A stretch of 64,000 bases of DNA, taken from positions 252,013-316,012 of the IMG/VR virus record IMGVR_UViG_3300021197_001489, one strand, 5' to 3'. This document shows, in pieces, positions 10,121 to 19,314 of this stretch (position 1 is the stretch's first letter; every line of letters begins with the position of its first letter). The notes beneath the pieces were generated by a model, which saw only the letters and a list, made by a program, of their open reading frames with translations, was not told the origin of the DNA and made no database searches. The translations under genes and the position numbers were made by a program.

Positions 10121-10396
10121 ATGTGGGAAATGATTGAACGTATGGCCAGTGATAGACTGTGGATATACACAGCATTAGCGGGCTCAGTATTTGGTGCTGC
10201 ATTTGTAGCATATCTCAGTACCACACGAGTTGGGCTTTGGGCGTATGCAAAGTTTGACCTTGTAATAGATTATCTTGTACAACGTTGGGGATGGACCTGG
10301 TTGCAACAACCAGATGATGCCTGGCGTAAGCGTTATCCTCGTATAACTGCTAAAATCGACGAACTCGAACAGCGTATCAAACAGTTAGAAAAATAA
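10121..10396 (+). CDS. Small membrane protein with C-terminal coiled coil
   Basis: RBS AGGAG; one TM helix; IDELEQRIKQLEK tail. Confidence 0.8.
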   Translation: MWEMIERMASDRLWIYTALAGSVFGAAFVAYLSTTRVGLWAYAKFDLVIDYLVQRWGWTWLQQPDDAWRKRYPRITAKIDELEQRIKQLEK

Positions 10397-10479
10397 TTGT
10401 TTTGGGGCTATAGAGATAAGTAAAGCGAGAATAAAAACTGCTCTTTACTTCTCAATTGTTAACAATAAGGAAAAAATTA

Positions 10480-11319
10480 ATGAAGAAAATTTTAATGGCT
10501 GCCACTGTGGCGGCTCTAATGTCTACCTCTGCACTTGCAGAAATTACTATTGGGGGTGACATGGAATGGTCATTCCAAGACTCAAACGGTACATCAAGTA
10601 GTGCAGTTGATGGCGATATCAACATCAAGCCAAGTATCACTACTGAAGCAGGATTAACAATTGGTGCTGATTTCAATATCAATCAAGACGGCAACGATGA
10701 TGGAGGCAACAGCCTAACTATCTCGGGCGGCTTTGGTAAAGTTGATCTTGGTGACGTTAACTCTGCCACTGATGCAATTGACGACGTAACAGATTGGGGC
10801 AAGGTGCTTACTAACGGTTCGCCAAGTACAGACCATGCAGCAATTCTTTCACTGTCACCATTTGCCGGTGCAAAGATCCACGTTTCGGGTGCTGCTGACA
10901 GCAACTATGGCACAACAGCAGGCGCAGGTTATGCCTATGCCGGTACATATGATATTGGTTCAATTGCAACAGTCGGTTATGGCAAGTTGGAAAACAACAA
11001 CGACTCAAGTGAAACAGTCATGAACGTCAAAGGTTCAATGGGTCCAATTGGCCTTGGCTACGAGAAGCACACTGCTACAACAGCAGCTAAAGTAGACACT
11101 GATACAACATCAATGTCAGCTGCGTTCACAATGGGTGCAACAACAGTTGCACTTGAGTTGATGAATACAGAAAGTGCTGGTACAAAATCAAGTGACGAAA
11201 CTACATATGGTGTTCACCACACAGTTGCACCTGGTTTAGTTGCTTTTGCTGAGTACACTGACGATGATAAAACAGCGTCCGAAGAAACAACAGCAATTGG
11301 TATTGCAATGACATTCTAA
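10480..11319 (+). CDS. Outer-membrane porin (alphaproteobacterial type)
   Basis: Signal peptide MKKILMAATVAALMSTSALA, alternating beta-strands, GFGKVDLGD, terminal AIGIAMTF; own terminator. Confidence 0.88.
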   Translation: MKKILMAATVAALMSTSALAEITIGGDMEWSFQDSNGTSSSAVDGDINIKPSITTEAGLTIGADFNINQDGNDDGGNSLTISGGFGKVDLGDVNSATDAIDDVTDWGKVLTNGSPSTDHAAILSLSPFAGAKIHVSGAADSNYGTTAGAGYAYAGTYDIGSIATVGYGKLENNNDSSETVMNVKGSMGPIGLGYEKHTATTAAKVDTDTTSMSAAFTMGATTVALELMNTESAGTKSSDETTYGVHHTVAPGLVAFAEYTDDDKTASEETTAIGIAMTF

Positions 11320-11343
11320 TTTAGAATAAACTAAACTTTAAAT

Positions 11344-11368
11344 GGGCAGTTACGACTGCCTATTTTTT
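11344..11368 (+). terminator. Rho-independent terminator after porin
   Basis: GGGCAGT-TACG-ACTGCCT followed by ATTTTTT. Confidence 0.85.
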
Positions 11369-11440
11369 ATGGCCATTATATATACACAGTTATCGCAACA
11401 CAGCAAGTTAAATATTTGATTGAATTAGGAGATTAAGTAT

Positions 11441-11671
11441 TTGGTATGGGTTTTAGTTGTGGTTAATTTGTTATCCACAGGTCCAAGTTGGGAGCTCAAA
11501 GGCGTTTTTGAAACCAGCGAGGCATGTCAAGTTTTGCTTGAAAAAATTAAAAAAGATAACGCAGGCGTTAATGGCGAAGACTACCACAACGGTGAGTTTG
11601 CAGTGAACACCACTGCGTTCTGTATACAAACAGACAAAGTGGACAAGGAAGACGTTCCGGACGCAAAATAA
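11441..11671 (+). CDS. Small signal-anchored two-cysteine protein
   Basis: TTG start after AGGAG; hydrophobic N-terminus, FETSEAC and TAFC. Confidence 0.65.
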   Translation: MVWVLVVVNLLSTGPSWELKGVFETSEACQVLLEKIKKDNAGVNGEDYHNGEFAVNTTAFCIQTDKVDKEDVPDAK

Positions 11672-11788
11672 ATTTTACAAAAAAACCATAATACTTACAC
11701 TATGCAGTTAACTTATTAAACAATACTGATTAAATAATTTTGTCCAGGAGCTAGATGATGCCTGTACCTGGCACGGGCGGAGAAAAAA

Positions 11789-12265
11789 ATGATTGCCGAA
11801 GGTTTGGCCGCTATATCACTTGTAAAAGCAAGTGTGGATTTTATCAAGAGCAACATTGATACTGCTAAGGATATCGGTGAGATTGCCGGAGCCGTTGACG
11901 GACTATTCAAGGGACGCGACGAAGTTCAACATGCCCGAAATAAAGCAGGTAAACCGGGCATTGGCGATCAATTTGGTATTAAAAGTGTTGCTCAGGAAGT
12001 CATTGATGCCAAAGTTGCTGAAGAACAACTAGCAGAAATGGCCAGGCTGATTGACATTAGATTTGGTCACGGAACATGGCATGGCATCCTTGCGGAACGT
12101 GCGAAGCGTATACAAGAAGCAAAAGAAGCACGACTTGCAGCCAGACGCAAAGCACAGCGTGAATACAAGGAAATGATGGAACTAGTACAATCAATAATAA
12201 TTTGTATTGTCATTGGTATTGCAGTAATGGCGATTGGCTATGCTGCTTGGCAAGTGTATTCATGA
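11789..12265 (+). CDS. Hypothetical protein with C-terminal TM helix
   Basis: 158-aa ORF with GGAG RBS; helical N-terminus, C-terminal hydrophobic segment. Confidence 0.8.
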   Translation: MIAEGLAAISLVKASVDFIKSNIDTAKDIGEIAGAVDGLFKGRDEVQHARNKAGKPGIGDQFGIKSVAQEVIDAKVAEEQLAEMARLIDIRFGHGTWHGILAERAKRIQEAKEARLAARRKAQREYKEMMELVQSIIICIVIGIAVMAIGYAAWQVYS

Positions 12266-12441
12266 TACACGCATTCATGCTGGTGGTGTTACTTAATGGT
12301 GCCCAGCTACGTTCTGAACCAATGTACTTTATAGACATCGACAGATGCTTGTACTTTGCTGAACGTCTACAAAAGCAAAAAAACTTCTCTGCATATTGCA
12401 AACCAGCTTACGTCCAGCAAGGGCCTACAGTATACCGCTAA
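12262..12441 (+). CDS. Small signal-anchored two-cysteine protein
   Basis: ATGA overlap with upstream stop; MIHAFMLVVLL, FIDIDRC, SAYC. Confidence 0.7.
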   Translation: MIHAFMLVVLLNGAQLRSEPMYFIDIDRCLYFAERLQKQKNFSAYCKPAYVQQGPTVYR

Positions 12442-12473
12442 TAAATACAGTAGGATACTAATAGGAGTACATC

Positions 12474-12953
12474 ATGGCGGAAATAGAGTATGGCGGAATC
12501 AAAGTAGGCGGCAGTAAGCTACTACTGGTATTACCACTTATTGGCACACTTGGCGGCGGCTTGTGGGCAGGCTTTGAATTCTACAAAGACTACACCAACA
12601 TGAAAGAGATCATTGCAAACATTGACACTGATCAAATTGCTAGCCAGCAAAAACTAATTGATCAACAGCTCAGTGATGCGATAGACTATTCACGTGATAT
12701 CAAGAATGGCCTACGTGAAGACATTGTAAGACTTGAACGTATTGTTGACAAAGTAGAAGATGATATGAACAAGTTGGAAGACAAGACACGCACCTATGTT
12801 GACGATGCCGAAAAACGCTTTGATACCAAACGTGATGCACTGTTGAATCAATATGTTGCACAAAAGGACATCTTGATTGACAAGGTCGAGCAACTTAAAA
12901 AGTACATGGATAACAAACTTCAGAGAGCTCTTGACAACCCACTTGCAAAATAA
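12474..12953 (+). CDS. Membrane-anchored coiled-coil protein
   Basis: Late motif ATAAATA and AGGAG RBS upstream; N-terminal TM, heptad-rich remainder. Confidence 0.85.
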   Translation: MAEIEYGGIKVGGSKLLLVLPLIGTLGGGLWAGFEFYKDYTNMKEIIANIDTDQIASQQKLIDQQLSDAIDYSRDIKNGLREDIVRLERIVDKVEDDMNKLEDKTRTYVDDAEKRFDTKRDALLNQYVAQKDILIDKVEQLKKYMDNKLQRALDNPLAK

Positions 12954-12993
12954 AAAAATGTGTAAATACAATTACAAACTGGAGAAGAATGTT

Positions 12994-13551
12994 GTGTTAA
13001 GAATACTATTTGCACTATTATTAACGATGACTGCTGGAACTGCCGTTGCACAAACCACAAGCACGGTTAATACAGACAGTAAAAGTAACAGCACAGTAAA
13101 CACTGAGGCTGATACAAAAACTATTGTGATTTCACCTCCGGGTAGTGCTATATCGCCTAACGTGAGTGCATCAAGCAGTGACTTGTGTACAGTAGGAGTT
13201 GCTGGTGCAGTACAAACACAGATATTGGGTATAAGTTCAGGCGAAACTGTACGAGATCCAAACTGTGAAAGATTAAAGTTATCTAAAACACTTTATGATA
13301 TGGGTATGAAAGTTGCCGCAGTGAGTGTACTTTGTCAAGATGCTAGAGTGCATGATGCTATGAAGATGGCAGGTACACCATGTCCGTATTTAGGTGCAAT
13401 TGGACAGGCCGCACAAGACGAGTGGGACGCCAATCCTCATAACATCCCAGAACCTGTAGTATTGGAGACCAAACAAGATGTTCAAAAAAGAAACGGTGCT
13501 ATCGCTGCTGGCGGCATTAGTATTGGTTTGTTGCTTCTCCTCTTACTCTAA
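12994..13551 (+). CDS. Exported four-cysteine protein with C-terminal membrane anchor
   Basis: GTG start after GGAG and late motif GTAAATA (12962); signal peptide ending AVA-Q; C-terminal AAGGISIGLLLLLLL. Confidence 0.75.
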   Translation: MLRILFALLLTMTAGTAVAQTTSTVNTDSKSNSTVNTEADTKTIVISPPGSAISPNVSASSSDLCTVGVAGAVQTQILGISSGETVRDPNCERLKLSKTLYDMGMKVAAVSVLCQDARVHDAMKMAGTPCPYLGAIGQAAQDEWDANPHNIPEPVVLETKQDVQKRNGAIAAGGISIGLLLLLLL

Positions 13552-15190
13552 CGCCCAGCAATATACCAGTAATAACCTATTACAAAATAATGGCATGGGT
13601 TACAATCACAACTATTTGAGGGCCGAAAACTGGTCAGGTACTTACGGTATAGGCTATTGGGGCGGAAGCACTGCTTCAGGTGGTAACAATCCAAGTATTC
13701 CAAACAGGATGCCAAACAATTCAGGTTTTAATTGGGGAGGTGCAGACAGTACTATTAGTGCAACCATTGCACTTAACACTGCATTACAATTAAGTGGTAT
13801 ACAAGTAGAAGGATTTGAATATGAATGGCGTGTTAAAAACTATAACACAACGTCAAGAACACAAACACAAGTCGATCCCTTTGAAATAACAGTAGATGTT
13901 AAAAAAGCAGATGGATCAATCTTTACATCCTATAATTATCAATATGGTCGAACTGGCTGGCAAGTTTTTTCTGGATCAGAATCATTTGGTGTGCCTCACT
14001 TGCCTGTGTCTTTCTTTGGCGATGTTGTAATATCAGCACAAGCCCAAGATATTGAAAACTATGCAGGACATTACGGTCCTGAATTCAACGTTAGCGCAAG
14101 TTCATTTAAAATGACCTATAGTCTTGATCCTTGTTACAGTAATCCTCTACATTCGGCTACATGCCCTGGTTATGCAACTGCATTTTACAATCAACAATGC
14201 ACTGCTAATCCATTGTACGATTCAGGTTGTACGGGCTATGCTGCCGCTTATTTGACGCAACAATGTACCAGTAATCCGTTGTACAGCACCAGTTGTACAG
14301 GATACACAACAGCATATTACAATCAACAGTGTGCTTTAGATGCACTCTATGATAAAGGTTGCAAAGGATATCAGGCCGCATACACAACACAACAATGTTC
14401 GTTAGATCCATCATACGATCCAAGCTGTACAGGATACGCAACTGCAATTGGAAATCAACAGTGTATTGCAGATCCTACATCAGATCCAAGTTGTCCGGAC
14501 TACTATGTAGAAATGTGTAAAGCAGATGCACTATATGACCAAGGTTGTTCAGGATATTCTACTGCTTACTTTGATCAACAGTGCAGTTTAGATGGACAAT
14601 ATGATCAGAGCTGTCCAGGATATATAGATCTTTCCGGTAATGATGGCGATGTTGCAGTGCTTGATCCTGTTGTTGATGATGTAGTAAATGTAGAAGTGCC
14701 AGTGTTTGTTGTTCCGGAACCAGTTGTTGTGGTTGAGGACACAGCGGTAGAAGAAGAAACAGTAGTAGAAGTTGAGATTGTGGAAGTTGTGATTGACGAT
14801 ACACCACAGGAAATAGTCAGTGACCAAGCCGACTTGATCGAAGAAGAAGTTGTAATGATTGAAAGCGTAAAGAAAATTGATAAAGTTGAAGCAAAAGCAA
14901 AAAAGATAAAAGAAATACGTCAGGAGATTATCGAATCACTTGCAGATAAGATGAGTACTGCGGCCTCGTTTGGAATACAAACTAAAATACAAAGTAGAAT
15001 AATAAAGGTACTAAATTTTGTACAGGATTTTGATGGGTACGGAAACAATGTTATACCTGATGGTCAATTTGAAGAAGAAGTAAATCTCAAGGGCGGCAGG
15101 AATGTGGATCATCAGTTTGCAAGATGGTTTTTAAACGATCCGAACTATGAACGTTTAGAAGCAATGCAATATGAGTTAAAAGGTTACTAA
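13478..15190 (+). CDS. Exported protein with eight cysteine-rich 22-aa repeats
   Basis: Signal peptide, beta-rich N-domain, C-x9-C-x-GY repeats, Val/Glu-rich linker, helical C-terminus. Confidence 0.85.
   Translation: MFKKETVLSLLAALVLVCCFSSYSNAQQYTSNNLLQNNGMGYNHNYLRAENWSGTYGIGYWGGSTASGGNNPSIPNRMPNNSGFNWGGADSTISATIALNTALQLSGIQVEGFEYEWRVKNYNTTSRTQTQVDPFEITVDVKKADGSIFTSYNYQYGRTGWQVFSGSESFGVPHLPVSFFGDVVISAQAQDIENYAGHYGPEFNVSASSFKMTYSLDPCYSNPLHSATCPGYATAFYNQQCTANPLYDSGCTGYAAAYLTQQCTSNPLYSTSCTGYTTAYYNQQCALDALYDKGCKGYQAAYTTQQCSLDPSYDPSCTGYATAIGNQQCIADPTSDPSCPDYYVEMCKADALYDQGCSGYSTAYFDQQCSLDGQYDQSCPGYIDLSGNDGDVAVLDPVVDDVVNVEVPVFVVPEPVVVVEDTAVEEETVVEVEIVEVVIDDTPQEIVSDQADLIEEEVVMIESVKKIDKVEAKAKKIKEIRQEIIESLADKMSTAASFGIQTKIQSRIIKVLNFVQDFDGYGNNVIPDGQFEEEVNLKGGRNVDHQFARWFLNDPNYERLEAMQYELKGY
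14132..14623 (+). repeat. Degenerate 66-nt (22-aa) tandem repeat, 8 units, 16 Cys
   Basis: Units CYSNPLHSATCPGYATAFYNQQ, CTANPLYDSGCTGYAAAYLTQQ ... CSLDGQYDQSCPGY; one unit shortened to 18 aa and the last truncated. Confidence 0.95.
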
Positions 15191-15191
15191 A

Positions 15192-15350
15192 ATGTTCTAT
15201 GTTATAATAATTACAGTTGGAATTCTTTCATACAACTTTGACAATCTATATTTCAAAGACATAGAAACTTGTCGTTATCATAAGGCAAAGTTGGAACAGT
15301 CATTGCTGTTTTATAAGAGAGATACCAAAGTCGAATGTAAACTCAAATGA
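15192..15350 (+). CDS. Small signal-anchored two-cysteine protein (52 aa, not in ORF track)
   Basis: MFYVIIITVGILSYNFDNLYFKDIETCRYHK...KVECKLK*; fills the gap between neighbours exactly. Confidence 0.7.
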   Translation: MFYVIIITVGILSYNFDNLYFKDIETCRYHKAKLEQSLLFYKRDTKVECKLK

Positions 15351-15541
15351 TTGTGTTGGTGATCATATGCTTGTTGGTAGTTTTGCTTGCAACTCTGATA
15401 GGAGGTGTTTATATCTATGAGGATATAGACTGGTACACAGAACCACCGAGAACAGAGATAGAAATTAAAGCACAAGATATTAAAGCAAGAATAGCATGGA
15501 TAAAATTGGATATGGCGGCATTTTTACAAAATACTAGCTAA
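15347..15541 (+). CDS. Small membrane protein
   Basis: ATGA overlap; N-terminal TM helix. Confidence 0.7.
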   Translation: MIVLVIICLLVVLLATLIGGVYIYEDIDWYTEPPRTEIEIKAQDIKARIAWIKLDMAAFLQNTS

Positions 15542-15548
15542 TAAATAG

Positions 15549-16142
15549 ATGATGGAACCATCACAAGAATACTACGACGCAGTTGCCAAAGGCACACACT
15601 TTCAAGAAACTGAAAGTGCTTGGGCAGGTGCTGACAGTAAAAACTATATTGAACAAGTTAAATGCCTTGCAAAGCATCATAAAGCAAAAACACTGCTCGA
15701 CTACGGTTGCGGCAAAGGTGAACAGTACACACTTAAAGCTCCGCCTTTTGACGAGCGTACTGGTTTTAAAAGCTACTACCTATTTGATCCATGTGTGCAA
15801 CGCTACAGCAAACCGCCTCGCAGTAACAGAAAATTTGACGCAATTATCTGTTTACAAGTTATAAGACACATACCCAATAAAGATATTCAATGGCTTAAAG
15901 AGTACTTTGAACGTGCTGCCAAGAAGTTTGTGCTTATTGGCGAGTATGATCCTACCTTTAAACAAAAGCCAAAAAAAGTAACCAATGCTGATTCAGAAAG
16001 TAGAACAATTGACTTTTACCAAGAAGCGTTTGCAGACTGGAACAGTTCAGCAGAACTGTACTTTCATTGGCGAAAACACCAATGTGAAGTGACCAGAAGA
16101 GACAACAATAAGATTATAAATATCACTAACATGGAGAGCTAG
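15549..16142 (+). CDS. Class I SAM-dependent methyltransferase
   Basis: LLDYGCGKG motif I, YYLFDP, FDAIICLQVIRHIP. Confidence 0.85.
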   Translation: MMEPSQEYYDAVAKGTHFQETESAWAGADSKNYIEQVKCLAKHHKAKTLLDYGCGKGEQYTLKAPPFDERTGFKSYYLFDPCVQRYSKPPRSNRKFDAIICLQVIRHIPNKDIQWLKEYFERAAKKFVLIGEYDPTFKQKPKKVTNADSESRTIDFYQEAFADWNSSAELYFHWRKHQCEVTRRDNNKIINITNMES

Positions 16143-16143
16143 A

Positions 16144-16476
16144 ATGGGCGAAGAAGAAATTAAACAAGCAGGGTTTCACCCAGCAGACACCAACGGTGAT
16201 GGAAACGTTACCAATGATGAACATGAAATGTACATGGAATTCAAACGTAAAGAACTTGAAGATCAAGATGCAATGCGCGATGCACAGCGTAAGATGGCAT
16301 GGTTTAGTTTAGCAGGTATGCTCCTATATCCAGCTATTGTGCTAATTGCGGTGCTAGCCGGCATTGACCAAGCAGCAAAAATACTAGGCGATATGGCAGC
16401 CGTTTACTTTGTTTCAGTAGCAGCTATTGTTGCAGCATTCTTTGGTGCGCAAGCATATAACAAACCTAAGAAATAG
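16144..16476 (+). CDS. EF-hand-containing two-TM membrane protein
   Basis: Canonical 12-residue loop DTNGDGNVTNDE, two hydrophobic helices, basic C-terminus (NKPKK). Confidence 0.75.
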   Translation: MGEEEIKQAGFHPADTNGDGNVTNDEHEMYMEFKRKELEDQDAMRDAQRKMAWFSLAGMLLYPAIVLIAVLAGIDQAAKILGDMAAVYFVSVAAIVAAFFGAQAYNKPKK

Positions 16477-17030
16477 TGTACCCCCATCCATACTACTGCT
16501 GGCCAGACTATCCTGGCGTTGAAAACTTTTACTTTGTAAACATTCCAAAAAATTGCAGTACCACAGTGCGCAACTGGGCAGCATGGATTGGAACACGTAA
16601 TGGCAAACTAACCAAGCCTTTTCGTTTTACCATTCTGCGTGATCCGTATGGTAGACTCAAGAGTACATTTGCATATGGACTGAGTCAGCGATACAGTTAC
16701 TTGGAAACGGTTGAAAGCATTGGCAACAAACTGTTAGGAGCCAGCGAGCTTTCTGGAGACTTGCTGACACATTTTATACCGCAGCATGTGTTTCTTGAAC
16801 ATGCGCCAGTTAAACCAGAACATTATTATCACAGTGGGCAGATGCGTGAATTGCGTCAAGAACTAAGCAACCGCAGCGGAATCGATCTTATATGGATACA
16901 TGAGAATCGCAGCAGGTACAGTGCTGAGTTCACTGAGCAGTACAACAACTGGTTTGTAAAAAATCAAACCTGGATCGATGATTACCTTGGCCGAGATGTC
17001 GAATTATATGCTCAACACATTGTCTCTTAG
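16476..17030 (+). CDS. Sulfotransferase family protein (Sulfotransfer_2-like)
   Basis: FVNIPKNCSTT (5'-PSB-like), FTILRDPYGRLKS (3'-PB-like), HFIPQ. Confidence 0.75.
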   Translation: MYPHPYYCWPDYPGVENFYFVNIPKNCSTTVRNWAAWIGTRNGKLTKPFRFTILRDPYGRLKSTFAYGLSQRYSYLETVESIGNKLLGASELSGDLLTHFIPQHVFLEHAPVKPEHYYHSGQMRELRQELSNRSGIDLIWIHENRSRYSAEFTEQYNNWFVKNQTWIDDYLGRDVELYAQHIVS

Positions 17031-18062
17031 CTCTTGGGTTATTGAATCAAAAAATTCATCACTAAAAAACAGCGTTTTGTTTTTGCTGGCTATAGTTTTA
17101 CAGCTATTCCAAATTGATTCCTGTTGATTATCAGGTAAGTTATTGATACGATCCATCTCTTTTATGACCATGAGCATGCGCTTGTCGCAGTCTGATTCTG
17201 TATCATAACTTTCGTCAATAAAGGGTGAGAATGTTTCGAATCCGTAACTGCGCAAATATTTCAGTGTTCCAGCACCATTCAGTATCATAAAAGGATGCCC
17301 GCATGCAATTGGGCGTAGTGTTTTTTCTGTAAGGTGGATGCGACCATCGTATACAGTTTCTAACACAATGCTGCAATTTGTTTTTGCAAAGTCTTCGCAG
17401 TTATATTCAGCACTGCTATTGCTGTTAACAACGGCGTCAGGATCAATACTGCCCAGTTGCTTTCTGTCAACAAACCTAAGCAGTTTTAAAAAATGTTGTC
17501 GGTATTGTCTTGTGCCAGTTGTGCCTCTGGCATACACTAACCAATTAGCCTCTTTGTCTTCTTGCGGTAGTTCAAGACGTTGGTCATACTGAGCATATCT
17601 ATACCAGTCTCGAGCAATTGCTGCATGACTCCACCAATAAGCACATGCAAATAGTCCACTGTCTTCATAGCGTTCTACTTGAGGGCTAGCCAGTTCACTG
17701 TGTAATAATATCCATTTTTCTGTGAAGTTTTGTGGGTGCTGCCATCTTAGATTTAGGTTCTCATAGTTAGATTTTTTAATATCATCGATTTGTGTTGGAA
17801 TAAAGTTACCACTAGCTACAAGTGCGTTGAGGATCTTTTGATCATCACTGTACATGTCAAAATCCAATGGCTCTTGATCGTGACAAATTAGCACAGGAAA
17901 AGCAGCGTATTTTTTACGATATATATCTTCGTTCATTCGATCTACATTGCTTACTAGATTGGCAATATCTTTTTGTCCCCAGGGATAGAAGTATTTGATT
18001 AAAAATTTATTTTCTACCACCTGGGCGACAAAATTGTATAAATTACTAGTAGGAACAGACAT
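17004..18062 (-). CDS. Glycosyltransferase-like protein
   Basis: C-terminal IVLET...LTEKTLRPI..GHPF...G.L.YLRSYGFETF...DESYD block resembling GT10-type TEK motifs; start placed at MSVPTS. Confidence 0.55.
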   Translation of the reverse strand: MSVPTSNLYNFVAQVVENKFLIKYFYPWGQKDIANLVSNVDRMNEDIYRKKYAAFPVLICHDQEPLDFDMYSDDQKILNALVASGNFIPTQIDDIKKSNYENLNLRWQHPQNFTEKWILLHSELASPQVERYEDSGLFACAYWWSHAAIARDWYRYAQYDQRLELPQEDKEANWLVYARGTTGTRQYRQHFLKLLRFVDRKQLGSIDPDAVVNSNSSAEYNCEDFAKTNCSIVLETVYDGRIHLTEKTLRPIACGHPFMILNGAGTLKYLRSYGFETFSPFIDESYDTESDCDKRMLMVIKEMDRINNLPDNQQESIWNSCKTIASKNKTLFFSDEFFDSITQELRDNVLSI

Positions 18063-18078
18063 CTTAGAAAGGTACCTT

Positions 18079-19314
18079 ATGAGAATTGGATTTATTGGGC
18101 TTGGCAAGCTCGGACTTGATTGCGCCGAAGTAATGGCAGAAAAGTATACAGTACATGGCTACGATATTTACCCGCGTACTTCGGACAGTGTAAAAGTTTG
18201 TAGCACTCCCAAAAAGATGATTGACAACAGTGATTGGATTTTTATTGCTGTTCAAACGCCACACACAGAAGGTTATGATGGTAGTGTTCCTAGCTCGCAC
18301 ATGGAACCCAAAGACTTTGGACATGATGCTGTTAAAGATGCTATTAACATGGTAAACGAACTGGCTATCGAACCAAAAAAGATTGTGCTTATTTCAACAG
18401 TGCTTCCTGGAACTACACGACGTGAGTTTTATCCCTTGCTAAACAGTGAGCATCAATTTTTATACAATCCATACTTGATTGCAATGGGCAGTGTAAAGTG
18501 GGACTTTGCTAACCCTGAAATGGTTATGATAGGTACCGAAACAGGTGATCCTACAGAGATGGAAGATCTAATCAATCTGTATCGCCCACTGATGAAAAAC
18601 AATCCACGTTATGTTACAGGTACCTGGGACGAATGCGAAAGTATAAAGATATTTTACAACACATTTATCAGTGCTAAAGTAGGGCTTGTAAACATGATAC
18701 AAGACTTTGCACTAAAGATAGGCAACATAAACGTTGACGTTGTTACAGACGCTCTAGCACAGAGTACAATGCGTATTATGGGTCCGAAGTACATGACAGC
18801 AGGCATGGGAGACTCAGGCGCATGCCATCCACGAGATAACATTGCACTGCGTTGGCTTGCAAAAGAATACGATATCGGTTACGATATGTTTGATACTATT
18901 ATGGGTGCTAGAGAAGTACAAGCAAAGAATCTAGCAGACTTTTTGGTAGAACACGCCGACGGCAAGCCTATTGTGATACACGGGAAAGCATACAAACCTG
19001 ATGTGCCTTTTTGTATCGGAAGTTATAGCACACTGATTGGTTTCTACATTGAAGAGCAAGGATTGCCGGTAAAGTATGTAGATCCAATTGCAGACAATCC
19101 AAAAGACGTAGTTGATAGCATTGACGAAGCATCAATGATATTGTATGCACACAATAGATATATCACATACGGTTATACTGGACAGTATACCAAGGATGAT
19201 ACTTTCTACTGTGACATTCCACCAGGTTCTGTTGTTGTTGATCCATGGAGAAACCTGCCTAAACACAGTAACAGTTACGAAGTAATACATTATGGCAACA
19301 CCAGACCACAATAA
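18079..19314 (+). CDS. UDP-glucose/GDP-mannose dehydrogenase family protein (divergent)
   Basis: GFIGLGKLG Rossmann motif, IAVQTP, STVLPGTT, ESIKIFYNTF, catalytic Cys in GACHPRD, GKAYKPD. Confidence 0.9.
   Translation: MRIGFIGLGKLGLDCAEVMAEKYTVHGYDIYPRTSDSVKVCSTPKKMIDNSDWIFIAVQTPHTEGYDGSVPSSHMEPKDFGHDAVKDAINMVNELAIEPKKIVLISTVLPGTTRREFYPLLNSEHQFLYNPYLIAMGSVKWDFANPEMVMIGTETGDPTEMEDLINLYRPLMKNNPRYVTGTWDECESIKIFYNTFISAKVGLVNMIQDFALKIGNINVDVVTDALAQSTMRIMGPKYMTAGMGDSGACHPRDNIALRWLAKEYDIGYDMFDTIMGAREVQAKNLADFLVEHADGKPIVIHGKAYKPDVPFCIGSYSTLIGFYIEEQGLPVKYVDPIADNPKDVVDSIDEASMILYAHNRYITYGYTGQYTKDDTFYCDIPPGSVVVDPWRNLPKHSNSYEVIHYGNTRPQ

Noticed and set aside
12877-12993. Longer N-terminus given by the ORF track for the 12994 gene (similar cases at 8602, 17995, 23288, 41731, 48323, 49745)
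   Set aside because: The extensions overlap upstream genes or terminators; RBS position and homology boundaries favour the shorter starts reported.
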